Below are positions 1-13,393 of a DNA stretch of 64,000 nt, piece after piece. Source of the stretch: Eledone cirrhosa (lineage: Eukaryota); the NCBI GenBank assembly GCA_964016885.1, contig OZ024743.1, forward strand, positions 156,612,001 to 156,676,000, in the 5' to 3' direction. The position numbers and the translations under genes are program-made. The notes beneath the pieces are model-generated. The model was not told where the DNA came from. It searched no databases and saw nothing but the letters and a program-made list of their open reading frames with translations. How positions within the stretch are numbered: the stretch's first letter is position 1; each line of letters begins with the position of its first letter.

Positions 1-46
1 TTTCGCAAGCGACGAAAGAAAAGAAAAGTCTCGTGCAAAGCGTGCA

Positions 47-1966
47 ATGTTTCTCCACGACGACGACGACAGCGACGAAACAGGTGTGCGGGAAATACGA
101 AAACCCATTTCATTCGTCTGACGTCAGGAATAATAGCAGTAGCAGCCGTAATAACAACAGCAACAGTGACAATGAAAACAACAGTAGCAGCCGCAACAGC
201 ATCACCAGCAGCATAAACAACAACAGCATTAGCAGCAGCAACACCAACAACAACCACAGCAACAGCGGCGGAGGCAGTAGTCGTAGTACCTGCAGCAACA
301 ACAAAGGTAACAGCAGCTCTGACGACAACAACAACAACAGCAGCAAAGAAAAACCAATCTCATTTGCAGGTATTGCGAAAAACTTGGAAACAATCCTCAT
401 AACAAATGAGGAATTAGAGGAAGCGAAGAAGATGGTGACAAAGACTGGACACCGAACAATCTGCAAGGCAGCGGAAAAATGTTTCGAAACCCAACAGCAC
501 TGTACGGTCACGTACCGTACAGTAAGTACAAAATCCCGTAGGGTGGAAAGAGCCACAGAGGCTCAAATACAAAAAGCCTTGGGGTCTGTGTGGCAGCAGA
601 AAACGCACATCACCCGAGGAAAAAAGTATGCCACCGTAGACGTACTTTTTGCCACACCCCAGGAGGCAAAGGCCCAATCCGTAGTGACCCTAAGGAGCGA
701 GTAAATGGTGTTGGTGCCCTCCTACTGCGGGCAAACAATTGTGAGGGTCAAACTGACCCCCCCCCCCGGGATGGCCCCTTCTTGGCTGGGCGCGTCTGTC
801 CTTGTCGGATTCGAGGACAAAACAACTGTACTGCATGTACAGAAAAACGTAAGAGAAGATTGGGTTGGCACCTCCATTGAGATGCTAATCCAAACCCACC
901 AGGAGTGCATCGAAGCTATCCCGGATGTGATAGACTTCGATAACGGCACTCAACTGCCCATAAGTGTTGAAGGAAAACGCCCGAAATGCTTTCGCTGTGG
1001 ATCGAAGACTCACCTCAGGGCCTTCTGCAACGAGAAGACCCTGAGAAAGGAGAAAACCCCCCTCCTTCCGAAACCGGCTCCACGGCTACCAGCAACAGGA
1101 CAAGCGGCAACCAGGAACGACAGGTCCGTGGCACCCATACCCACGCCATGGAAATCAAAAACAGCAGCAGCAGTGGAATATTAACAACAACAACAGCAAT
1201 ACCAAATGCAGCTGAAACAGAGACTCCAGTGCAAACATCAACAACAACAACAAGTCAAAGAGTGGTGCTGGTACCCCTTCCCGACCTCACAGAATCAGAC
1301 ATGGAGTGTGAGGTGGGAGAGGGATGGCAAAAAGTCGTAAGAAGGCACAAACGCAGAAGCAGCGCATCGTCGCCTTTGAAAAGTGAGGAAAGAAATGAGA
1401 AAAGGGTAAAGTCTACTGCAAAGAGACCCACAGCAGCAACACCACCAACACCATCACCACCCACACTAGCACCACCATCACCACCGGCGACAACTCCACC
1501 GCCAACAACACCTTCAACACCACCACCACAAGCACCAACATCGCAAACACAACAACAAAACACACACACCCAGCAACAACGACAAGAAAATAGCAGAACC
1601 ACACCCCACCCCCAGAAAAACAAATGCACGGCAATAAATACACACAACAACAAACTAATGACTTACATAATTGAACACACAGACATTTCACAACAGGACT
1701 ACATAATACCAGCACCAATCAAAACGCCAACTAACATAAGACTGCTAAAAATAGCACAGAAACAATACACGAACATTAAAACGAAATTCCCCAACGCAGT
1801 TGGTGATTTCAGGGACCTAGGAGGAACTAACAATCGAAGAGTATATTCAGACATTCCCATAGAAGAGCCGACGACCAGCCGAAGGGACGATTCAACGGTC
1901 CCTTCACCAGACGATCAAGTGAAAAGGGATGTAAAAACCATCCCTCCTCTACCAAAAGTACGGTAA
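47..1966 (+). pseudogene. ORF1 (gag-like nucleic-acid-binding protein) of the Tx1-type LINE, disrupted
   Basis: Probable ATG at 47 (MFLHDDDDSDETGVREIRKPISF), N/S-rich tract, stop at 704, zinc knuckle CFRCGSKTHLRAFC, frameshift into a P/T-rich C-terminal frame 986..1966. Confidence 0.75.
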
Positions 1967-2001
1967 GTGGTCTTTCCCATCTTTTCCACTCTATTTTAAA
2001 C

Positions 2002-5000
2002 ATGACCTCACTCAGAATAGGCAGCATAAATGCGCGTGGCTTGGGGTCGTCATGGAAGCAGGGTCACCTGCTCAACGACCTCAGGTCACTAAACATAGAT
2101 GTAGTGGACATCAGCGAGACCAGAATCTCCGAAGCACGGGTCTTCGCACCGATCTTCGGCGGCTACGATGTGTACGCATCTCCCAGCCGTCCTGGATCGG
2201 GGGTAGGAGTTGCTGTGCTTTTTCGGAGAAGTTTGGATCTCGCCATACGGGCCATCTTCCTGGACCCAGAGGGTAAGCTGGTGGTGCTGGACGTGACCAG
2301 CGGAGACGGGCAAGCTTTCAGGCTAGTGGCCGTCTATGCCCCGACAGGAGCACGGCGGCCTGATTTCTTCCGGCGTCTGGAGACCTTTCTTGGAACGTCC
2401 CGCTCTTTAGTGTTAGTGGGCGACTGGAACGGGATCTTAGATGCACGCTGGGACTGTGTGGGATTAGCGGATAGGAGTGGAGGGTGCAAGAGCCTCACCA
2501 ACCTGCTCAGGCGTTTTGAACTGTCTGACAGGTACCGATTGGATTTCCCGAATGTGCCAATGTGGACTTGGACAAATCGCATAGTGTCATCCAGATCATA
2601 TCTAGATAGAGTATTTTGTAGGGAAATAGATAGGTCTAGCATAGGCTGTCCACAATTCAAGATAGTCAGCTACACGGACCACAAATTCGTGATCTGTGTG
2701 CTTCACTTAGATAGGCTTCATAGACGAGGACCCGGCTACTGGAAGCTAAACGCGTCCTTACCAGCGCGCAAGGCCTACAGAGACCGGATTAGCGAACTAG
2801 TTAAGCGGGCGTTGACGGGGGCCATCGTCAACAACAAGTGGTGGCTTGCTCTGAAAAGAGCGATTAGAATAGAATCCATAAGGTTTAGTAAGGCGTTCGC
2901 AATACAGAAAAATAGAGCAGAGGGAGAACTAGTTAGAAAATTAGACGAGGCGCTTAGCAAAGGCATTGCGACCGACGTGCTTGCGGCGAAATTGGCCCTT
3001 GACCAATTCTTCAATGCAAAGCACGAAGGCTGCGTTGTCACAGCAAGGGTGCATGCTTTCAGACACGAGGGGACGAAAGCCGTTCAATGGGCCCGAGTGG
3101 CGGAGGCGCGTCGTGGCAACAAAGCCACGATCCGGTCTTTGGTGGACCACGATGGGCGCATATCCCGGGAAAATGTGGGAAGCTTTTCAGCGACACTTCG
3201 CTCAGCTGTTCGGGGGCAGCGGTGGGCCGGGTCGAGGGATGGACTTTAGTGTCTACCTCGACGGACTGCCGCGGCTCTCGGCCACTGAGGCTACGTGTTG
3301 CGTAAAGCCGATAACAGCTGCTGAAGTAAGGGAGGCATAGACTGGCTGCACAAGGGGTAAATCGCCTGGTTTGGATGGTCTGCCCTATGAACTTTACGTA
3401 CAGATGCCAGACTTGTTCGGAGGCCTCTTGGCGGACGTCTACTGCAACTGGCAACAGAACGGGAGAATTCCCAGTTCTGTGAGCCGGGGAGCGGTGGCAC
3501 AACTGAGAAAGGATCCGAACAAGGGGGATAACATAGATAATTTCCGGCCCATAACCCTGCTAAACACAGAGTTCAAGATTTTGGCCCAGGTGCTAGCAAA
3601 GAGGTTGGCGCTTGTCGTTGGTGGTCTGGTGGGAGAGGCGCAGACATGCGCCATTCCCGACAGATCCATCCACGACAACCACCACCTCATACGATACATC
3701 GTAGAGAGGGTAGCTAAGGAACCTGGCACGGGTGGGTCCTTGATCAATTTAGATCAGTCGAAAGCTTTCGATAGGGTCGACCATCGTTACCTAGCGACAG
3801 TCCTGAGGGCGGCTGGCTTTGGGCCCGTCTTCAGAGGCTGGATCGCTGCCATGCACAGCGACATCTGCTCTGTGGTGAGAGTGAACGGTCACCTGTAGGA
3901 ACCGTTCAACATCATGCGCTCTGTCCGCCAAGGATGTCCCCTCTCGTCCCTCTTGTACGTATTGACTCTCGAGGCATTACTGCACAAACTAGAGACGTTG
4001 AGGGGCGTCCCGCGTGAACTAGGATGCGGAAGATCCGTGTCAGCATATGCGGACGATGTCACCGTAGTTGTGTCGAACGCCAAACACATCGAGGCGATCG
4101 GCACTACACTAATAGAATACGAAGCGGTGACAGGAGCAATGATCAACCAGGAAAAGTCAGTGGGCCCTCAGCTCGGCACCTGGAGAGGCAGGTCCATGCC
4201 GTCCAACAGCGTCGTCGGACGCTGGACGGACGGACCGGTTAAATTGCTAGGGGTCTGGTTCGGTCCGGACCCCCAGTCGGAAAAAAACTGGGACGAGGTG
4301 ACGAGCAGGGTGGCTTCTCTCACCCAGAAATGGACGGTGAGGAAGCTATCCCTGAAAGGTCGAGCGGAGGTGGCTAACGCGTACATCGCGTCTGTCATCT
4401 GCTACCGCCTGACCGTCGTACCTTGTCCTAAGCCCCGCCTGACTGAGCTGGAGCGTTTGCTCTTTCGCTTCTTGTGGAAGGGACGCGCTCCGATGGTCAG
4501 GCGGTCCATCTGCTGTCAACACCCGCTACGTGGAGGGCTTGGCATGCCGTGGCTGATGATGCGCAGACACGCGCTCAGGCTACATCTCCACCTCTTCCTC
4601 GACGGTGATCAGGTGTGGTCGCCGTTTGCTAGACGCGTTTTTCCCCAGCTCGTCTCCTTGACGGAGCTGCAGTCCTGGGTCAAGCGAAGACCGAGAGGGA
4701 GCGCTTGGAGACTGGAATGTCTTCAGGCGCTCACAGCTCTCGACCAATCGGGCAATGTGATCGGTGGAAACTCCACCTTGACGTTCTATAGGGGATTAGT
4801 GGAGGGGAAGACCGACGATGTACTTGGAGAAACTCTAGGCGTCAACGAAAATCAACTAGCCAATCTCTTCGGAAGGACTTTCGGGCCGGGGCCTATGGAC
4901 AACTTCCAGAAATCCCTGTCCTGGCAGTGCTACCGAGGAGCTTTGCCAGTTGGGGATAAACTCTACAGGTATGGAGGTGCCGTCAGCCGGGCATTTCCGA

Positions 5001-5397
5001 GATGCGCCCAGGGCTACGAAACCGTCCTACATGCACTGGTCCAGTGTCCGAGCATTGCTGACTTTTGGGTTTATGTCGAACACCTGCTGTCGCGTGTAGA
5101 ACGGATCCGACTATCAGCTGAGTCCATCATGAGGATTGTCCCGCCCTCTTACTTTAGCCGGGAAGGGCAGGCAGTTTTTATCTGTCTGATGGCCTTGGCA
5201 AAAGAGATAGTATGGTAGACGCGTCTGAAAGGGCTGAAGACGAGCACTTACCTCTTCGGTGATGCCCTGATTAACTTTTTCAAATTTCACTTGAAAAGGA
5301 AAATCATGGAAGAGAGGGAGGTACTCTGTTCCCAGCTTTTTGTTGAAAGATGGGTGAGAGAGGCAAGAATGGCCCGAGTGATTGGACCTACTCTGTA
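2002..5397 (+). pseudogene. ORF2 APE endonuclease-reverse transcriptase of the Tx1-type LINE, frameshifted
   Basis: SINARGL, SET, VYAP, GDWN, SYLDR, TDH (APE); GYWKLN; KSPGLDG, FRPITLLN, DQSKAFDRVDH, RQGCPLS, YADD (RT); CxxxxETxxHxxxxC near the C-terminus. Confidence 0.92.
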
Positions 5398-5631
5398 AAT
5401 TGAAGGTGGAAAACTGGGAGAGGACAATTGCCCTGGTGGTTAGGGTCACCGTGACGATGGCCCTCGGAAGTCTCCCCCCTATTGGGGAATTATTTCATTG
5501 TTCTTTTATTACATCCTCTGTTTTTTTGTATATTTTTTACACTCAGAAATGCCCATTTTTACCGTCCTGTATTGTCCTGTACTGTCCTTAATGTCTACTT
5601 TGTGTAAACCCTTGTAGTTTTATGAAGAAAG

Positions 5632-5632
<1 letters not shown>

Positions 5633-5668
<36 letters not shown>

Positions 5669-8278
5669 GTTGTTATTCCTTGAATCTCAGTCATTGATGT
5701 TGGTTAACTGGAAAGTCTGTTGGATTGAATATCAAGCCACTACCTGCAGCCTCAGATATTCAGGACGTATCGGAGGGTTCTTGCTGTTCCAAGCAAGCAT
5801 GCCTTTTGAAGCGTTCCATAAAGCGTGAAGGGGCCGATTTTCTTTAACCATCCCTGGAAACTTTTGGAGATAGTCCCCAGTGCGCCTATGACAATCGGGA
5901 TCACTTTGACTTCATGGCAGTTCCAAATCCTTTTCACCTCCCACTTTAGGTCCTGGTATCGGTTAATTTTCTCCCTCTCCTTCTCTTGCACTCTCGTGTC
6001 GAACGGGCAGGCCACATCCACAATCAGACACGATCTTTTTTCTTTGTCCACAACCACCAGGTCAGGTCTATTGTGTTCCAGTTTTTTGTCCGTCTGTATC
6101 CTAAAATCCCACAGCACCTTCACCTGATTGTTCTCCATCACCGCCTCTGGCCTATGCTCATACCATTTCTCAGAATGTGGTAAATTGTTTACTTTGCACA
6201 GGTGCCAGTGGATCACCCTGCCCATCACATCGTGTCTCCAGCCCTTATAGTGGGTCTGGGCTAGGTGTTTACACTCGGACACAATGTGAGTCACAGTCTC
6301 CTCTCTCTCTCTCCACAGATCCTGCACAGTGGGCTAGCCTCCTCCTTGTAAATATGGTGCTTCAACCACTTCGTTTTGAGGGCCTGCTCCTGCACAGCCA
6401 TTAGCATTCCTTCTGTAGCCTTTTTGAGGTCTCCTCTTCTCAACCAGTTCCATGTCTGTGGATCTCTAAATTCAGTTTTCTCAAAGAAGGTACTATGAAG
6501 GGATTTTCCCTTACGGCTGCTCTTCCTCCTTGATGTTATTTCCTCCTTGGACATCCCCTGGCCTACTGTCCCCTCCTTCAGTACAGTTCTGAGCATTGGC
6601 GCCTTACTATAGGTCACGTATTTGTATAGGTAGTTTTTCTAATTCTGAACACAGTCCTCTATGCTGATAAGACCTCTTCCACCCTCAGATCTCCTTAGGT
6701 AGAGTCTATCGACATCACTCCTCTTGTGGAACATGTTGTAGATAGTCAATAGCTTCCTAGTGTTCCTATCCATTTCTTTTTGTTCAGCAACATTCCATCT
6801 CAGAATTCCCGCACTGTACCTAATAATAGACACAGCTCGGGAATTTACTGCGCTTATGGCATTTCTGCTGTTCAGATGTGACTTCAATACGCTCCTTACT
6901 CTCCGAATGTATTCAGTTCTTAACAATTCCTTCATTTTTTTGTTCTTTATGCCATCAGCCTCCAGAACGCCCAAATACTTGTATCCTTCCTCAGAGTCAA
7001 TTTCCTTTATCATCTCACCTGTTGGTATCTGGATCCCGTTACTTCTGCTCAACCTACCCCTCCTCATCACAATGACTCCACATTTACCAATACCAAACTG
7101 CATACATATATCACTGCTGAAAATACGGACAGTGTCAACAAGCACATCCAACTCCTTCTCACTTTTCCCGAAGAGCTTAAGATCGTCCATGAAGAGGAGG
7201 TGATTGATGGTAAGCTTTCCCCTTCCCAACTTGTATCCTGCTCTCACTTTTCGCAGCATAATGGTCAAGGGCATCAGGGCAAGGACAAACAACAGAGAGG
7301 ACAGGCTATCTCCCTGGAAGATACCTCTCTTGATCTTCACGCTTCCCAAGGATACTCCAGTTGATGTCAACTCTGTCTCCCAGGACCCCATACTCCTGCC
7401 TAGCAACTGTCTGATGTTATCTGCCACCCTGAAGATCTCCAGGCTTTTGGTGATCCAAGAATGAGGCACCATGTCAAATGCCTTTCTGTAGTCTATCCAT
7501 CCCATGGCAAGATCAGTGTGTCTCCTCCTGCAATTCCCCATTACCATCTTATCAATAAGTAACTGGTCCTTTGTACCACGTGACTTCTTTCGGCATCCTT
7601 TCTGTTCGTCCGGTAACAAGTTGTTTGTGTGGAGGTGATGGTAGATTTCCTCAGACACAATGCTCGTCAACAGTTTCCACATTACGGACAGACATGTGAT
7701 AGGTCTATAGTTGGTAACATCATTACCCTTGATTCGGTCTTTCATTATCAGAACTGTGGTACCTTTTGTCAACCACTCTGGCACCTCACCCGACACCAAG
7801 CAGTCATTGAACATGGCCGTCAGCTTCGGGTGGAGGGATGTTAAATGTTTAATCCAATACCCCTGCACACAATCTGGGCCTGGTGATTTCCAGTTGGTTA
7901 GTTTTTTGGCCTGCTCCTTAAGAGTTTCAACTGTGATATTCAAATCAGTTTTTTGGTGTGCCTGCTCACCGATCTCCCTCTGTACTGTCTCAATCCACCC
8001 TGCCTGGACATTATGTCTAACATCCTGCTGCCATATTCCTCTCCAGAATGTTTTAGTTTGCTCCGCCCCCAGGGATCAAGTCGTTGCCTCTTTCTTTCCC
8101 CTCAAGCTGTCCAAACAGCATCGTCTGGTTGTTGTCGAACATGCGATTCTGTTTATACTGACTGACTCTGTTCTCGTATCGCCTTATTTTTGCACTCTTT
8201 GCTACAATGCGTTGCTTCAGTTCCACTATGATAATATTTAGCTTTTTCCTCCTAGTTTTGTATTTTATTTCCAGTCTA

Positions 8279-8310
<32 letters not shown>

Positions 8311-8314
8311 GTTA
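5633..8314 (-). mobile_element. R4/Dong-like RLE non-LTR retrotransposon family A, 5'-truncated, bounded by (TAA)n
   Basis: ORF 6639..7943 has [33 protein letters not shown]-terminal CRICG..HIVSEC, RH and RPD..D..K nuclease motifs (5752..6617). (TTA)n tracts at 5633-5676 and 8285-8314. Confidence 0.9.
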
Positions 8315-8317
8315 TAT

Positions 8318-8880
8318 ATTAAAAGAAAGCACAAAAACAAGGGAATTCCCCTTTTCAGTTGTCTGTCTGAGGTCACCGACATTTCAACGCATTAAATACA
8401 ATATGTCTATCTCAAGTGCGTCAATAACTTTTGACAATTATTAGGGAATCAAAAAGGGAGACAGAGAAAAAAATTAAACAGGCGGAAGAAAGAAAAGAAG
8501 CAGAGAACATACCGATAAAAAGGGGTAACACGACGGGAAGCATATGTATGTAAGTAACCAGAAGTGAGAGAAAGAGAGAGAAGTCAAACCAGCGTCTGAA
8601 TATAAGTCCGAGGCCTCATTGACGGTGAGATAGGGTGAGCGATTAAAACAAGTCTAACCTCGGCGGGAGTAGGTGATAAGAGGCAGAAACGCTGGAAAAC
8701 GGAAGTAGTAAGGGAGCAAAAATATTGATGCACTGGAGATAGGCATGTTGTATTTAATGCGTTGAAATGTCGGTGACCTCCAGCAGACAACTGGAGAGGG
8801 GACTGTCCGTTGTTTGTGCTTTCTTTTTATTTCTAAATACACTTTATCACGTAACAACACAATCCCTTGTTTCCTCTAAT
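8318..8880. mobile_element. Non-autonomous element with ~105-bp diverged inverted arms (PLE pLTR-like)
   Basis: 8321-8426 is the approximate reverse complement of 8722-8828 (gaggtcaccgacatttcaacgcattaaataca vs tgtatttaatgcgttgaaatgtcggtgacctc). Sits next to (TA)n. Confidence 0.55.
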
Positions 8881-8902
8881 CTCTTATTATATATATATAT
8901 GC

Positions 8903-8971
<69 letters not shown>

Positions 8972-9659
8972 GGATATAGACCCCCTTTGGTAATGATTGA
9001 GCATGGGATTAGCACCTAGATAGTTCCCCTCGCAGGAAAAGGTTGTTTGTTTTAGACCAACAATCACCCATGCTACGAGTCTCCCCTCTCCACGCCTCCG
9101 ATGTTGTCCAAGGGTAAGCAAAGAGCCGATACACAGACTCGCACACACGCGCGCGCGCGCGCATATATATATGTTTATATACGCATGCAAATAGGTAGCT
9201 GGTTAAGACACTTGTTGGATAGATACATAATTAATTTGATTTAGAGAGATATTGATACTTTAAAAAATGCTAAATAAATGTACCTATATGGATATATAAT
9301 TATTTTTAGACATACATAAATAAATACATATTTATACTTATGGCATATCCACGAACATACGGGGAGGAAAATACTAAATGTAGAATGAAATACACTAAGA
9401 CTGAAAATAAGGAGCAGTCCTCTCTGGAATACTCTGACATCGTCGTATCTGGACAGTCAAGGCCAAATGTGTGCTGAAAAGCATGACCTTTAAAATATTT
9501 ATTCAAGTGTCATGTATTTATATAAATTTGTTCGGTTTATTATTTTTCTTTTGGTTCTGTTTTGTTTTTTCGATTGTTGTTTCTTTCACTCTCCAAAGTA
9601 CAGTGTGTGTGTTAGTGTCATATTAATTGTTAATTATTATTTTTCTTTTTGTCTTACAG

Positions 9660-9740
9660 GGCGGTGGATTGGCAGTATCGGTAGAGGGTCGGACGCCATG
9701 CTTTGACGCATATAGTTACGGCCTTTGCCATTCTGAGTGT
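9660..9740 (+). mobile_element. tRNA-derived SINE, 5' fragment
   Basis: gtggattggcagtatcggtagagggtcggacgccatgcttt matches the SINE copies at 25407 and 31957. Confidence 0.7.
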
Positions 9741-11233
9741 TACGTTTAAAATATATTTTTCTGTTATTTTCGATTTTCAAATCACAAATGTTAATATTTG
9801 AAGCATTTCAAGATAAAAAACGCAATATTATGTACGTCAATGAGAATATATATTTTCTCTGATTACGGATTCATATTACTCACAAATACAGTGTGAACAT
9901 GAACATAAAATTAGTGCATTTGGGTTAAAATTATTGTCCCAGTATTTCATATATATTCCTCTCTCTTTACACAACCTCTCTCTCTCTCTCTCTCTCTCTC
10001 GCTCTTCTCAATATATACGCATACTCACACACTCACATACATACATACACACATATATACATATATAGGTGTGTGTGTGTGTGTGTGTGTGAGTGTGTGT
10101 GTGTGTATGTGTGTACATATACATATACCATATATCATCTGTGAAATATAGAATTAATTTAGATGCCTAAAACAAAAGCATTGCTTCACTTAATAAAGCT
10201 GATAATTAAAAAAATGTAAAGAGATTTCGAAAAATGGAACCAATATTTTAACACATACGTTCACACTTTTCTTCACAAATATTGTATTGTATTTAATTAG
10301 ATGGCAACCGTATCTGTATTGGTAATTTCATATGTTCACATTTAATTGTGTCCATATGTTTGATGGATATACATGTGTTTACGTCTGCGTATGTGTTTGT
10401 GAGCGTGTGTGAGTCTGTGTGTGCACGGGTGCATATGCGTGCGTTTTATGAATATATGAATAATAGATTTATTAATACTATCAACAAACACGTTAGTAGT
10501 GAAATCAGTTTCTGCTACCTCAACAATTTCCCATTATGAACAACTATATGCTATAATGGCACTTACCAGCAGAACACGACCTAAAATATTTCGAATATTC
10601 CGTCTATACACGCAACCTAAATACGAATGTTATTGCTTGTCTTGACTTTTATATTATGTTCGAGAGCAAATACAAATAAACCTCTTTAAGATACAAATAT
10701 TAAATATTCTCTTACCAAATTCCTATAACGGCTTATCTTTCTAAGATACGAGGATTTGCCAAACTAATTGTGTTAGCTGAAGTAAAACTAGATGGATATA
10801 TCAGTTCTAGTGGACATATCTTGTCAGTGGTGCTTCGTCCAAAGAAACTAGAAATGAGCGTATACTGTATGGAAGAAGTTGTTCACGTACTCACAGGGAA
10901 GTGTAACTTCCTAAACAATTTTCATCTGAAAATGTCACTTCATACATTCGCAAAAACTATAACAATAATCTATTTTCTCAATTCATATTTCATCGGTGGA
11001 TACCCCATTGCTGAAAACTTACATGTAATGAACATACAACCCTGCTATCACCATCAATCAAATAGGAGTACGCAGTTAATTACAAACAGTGACCACCATC
11101 TTATATAATCACTATTATCTTTATAGATATATGCCAATGCATGTGTGATATATATATATGCATGTTGCATATATATGCGTTTTCTTTTGTGTGAGCCTAG
11201 GTATATATTATATGCAGAGAGAAATATGCATGT

Positions 11234-11325
11234 ATATGTGTATGAAACTGGATTTCCTCATGTGTATGTATATATATATATATATGTATATACATACACA
11301 TCAGGAAATCCAGTTTCATACAGAT
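11234..11325. repeat. Short fold-back palindrome around a (TA)n core
   Basis: tgtatgaaactggatttcctcatgtgtatgtata ... tatacatacacatcaggaaatccagtttcataca. Confidence 0.8.
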
Positions 11326-11349
11326 ATAGTAGAGGTATATACACTGAAA

Positions 11350-11399
11350 TATATATATATATATATATATATATGTGTATATATGTATATACACACACA

Positions 11400-11480
<81 letters not shown>

Positions 11481-11485
11481 GTATA

Positions 11486-11574
<89 letters not shown>
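11350..11574. repeat. Compound (TA)n/(CA)n microsatellite, representative of many such tracts in the window
   Basis: Direct sequence. Confidence 0.95.
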
Positions 11575-11577
<3 letters not shown>

Positions 11578-12310
11578 AAATAATTTTAGTTAAATTAAAT
11601 TAAAGTAGTCATGTCAAAGATTCCACTGAATAGATCTGAGCAGTTTATATCAAGTAGTAATTGATTGATATATATATATATTTAAAATAAACACATGAAA
11701 CAATCACAAGGGATAATTTGTAAAGTGTGTAATCACACACAGCTAGGTAGGTAACTAATTGAAGTTTAACTAGATCTTCAAATATTACCTTCAGTGGAAT
11801 ATTTGAGTTTATTCTACAATGGGTATGGCGCATATCTCGGACATGACTCCTTTAATTTTTTTTAACTAAAATTATTTCGGATATATAAACGGCTCCTTAT
11901 CTGTAGAGCTATATCGGTTGAAAGGACTTGGCTGCTATTTATAGCTGTCGACCACCCTATTCACGCCAATGGGAGGACGCTAGCATGTTGTTAGTAGTTT
12001 TAGAATTGCAGCACGTGCGAAGGGTCACTCGCAAGTTTGCATTTGATGCGTAAACACAGACAGTTATTTATTTCTCCTTGCTCATGATCTAACTTCTACT
12101 GTGACATTACGGATTTTTAGTGAAATATATTTCTTTAATGAAATATATACAAGGAGGATTAATCATGTTTTAAAAGGTAATATTTGAAGATCTAGTTAAT
12201 CTTTAATTAGTTACCTACCTAGCTGTGTGTGATTACACACTTTACAAATTATCCCCTATGATTGTTTCATGTGTTTATTTTAAATATATATACGTCAATC
12301 AATTTCTAGT

Positions 12311-12316
<6 letters not shown>
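11575..12316. mobile_element. Non-autonomous element with ~140-bp inverted arms, embedded in (TA)n
   Basis: 11648-11791 approximates the reverse complement of 12173-12316. 11576-11620 approximates the reverse complement of 11835-11879. Confidence 0.6.
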
Positions 12317-12395
<79 letters not shown>

Positions 12396-12569
12396 AGTAG
12401 AAGGGGTATTTAATTTGTTGGAAGTCCGACAAATATAAATGTGTATAACTGATTTAGAGCACTCAACAGCTTACTGGAGTAAATATTCAATGATATTAGA
12501 TAAATGGAAACTATATTTGTAAAACCATATTTATTTTATTATATATATTTCGAGGGTTCCAAGACAACA

Positions 12570-13215
12570 TTATCATTAAGCGTAAAAACACCTTTAGCAA
12601 AGCTGTTCTTTAAAGCACTAGATAAATGTTTTCCTAAAGCCCATAGATACCACTCAATCTTTAACAGACATACTATAAAACTATCCTACTCTACTACTAT
12701 GAACATAGCACAAAATATAAATAGAATTAATAATAGAAATTTAAACCCTAACCAAAATAACCAAAATAGCAGTAATATCTCTAGCAATATGTAACTGTAG
12801 AATTAACTCAAACTGTCCTTTACAAAATAAGTGTTTAGATAAGAACGTGGTCTATGAATGTACAGTTAAAACCAGTGATAATATATTTAACTATGTAGGT
12901 GCAACCTCTACAGAATTTAAAAGTCGCTGGAATAATCACAAATACTGTTTCCGAAGATTTGATAAAACATCTTCAACTTCTCTTTCAAACCTGATATGGA
13001 ACTTAAAATGCAAGAATATGGACTATTCATTAACTTGGGAAATAGTTTGAAAAGCACCCGTGTACCGAACCACAGCTTTATCTAGATTCTGCAAATTTTG
13101 TGTTGAGGAAATGTTTTTCATACTTAAATGTAAGAACTCTATTAATCAAAGAACGAATTTATTTAATTCTTGTAGACATCGCCTGAATTCAACATTCAGA
13201 ACTATATATAAATTA
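12570..13215 (+). pseudogene. PLE linker + GIY-YIG endonuclease remnant
   Basis: ORF-track pieces 12504..12794 and 12847..13050 are homologous to the C-terminus of the 19265..20362 ORF. Confidence 0.85.
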
Positions 13216-13393
13216 TAATTATATTTATAATATTTCTACTTATTTCCATAACAATCTTATCCACTTGGTTTTAATATATTGATATCATCTAAACCATAAT
13301 GTCTATAACATTTGCTATAATTCCACTTCTTAAAGTTTCATAAAATATATACATATATAATCTAATTTTTTTTTAAATTTAAATTTTAATTGT

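Larger units (their letters stand above)
1..5632 (+). mobile_element. Tx1/L1-type non-LTR retrotransposon, near full length, inactivated (ORF1 + APE-RT ORF2 + 3' UTR)
   Basis: ORF1 has a CCHC knuckle. ORF2 has APE and RT motifs and a C-terminal Cys/His motif. Pyrimidine-rich 3' UTR ends at about 5632. Several stops and frameshifts. Confidence 0.9.

Noticed and set aside
110-5449. Antisense and overlapping ORFs within LINE and PLE coding regions
   Set aside because: They are shadow frames with no motifs.
11145-11603. ORFs rich in YI/HT/CV/poly-L/poly-I (also at 8767, 23115, 29034, 35054, 47791, 63492 and others)
   Set aside because: They are translations of microsatellites.
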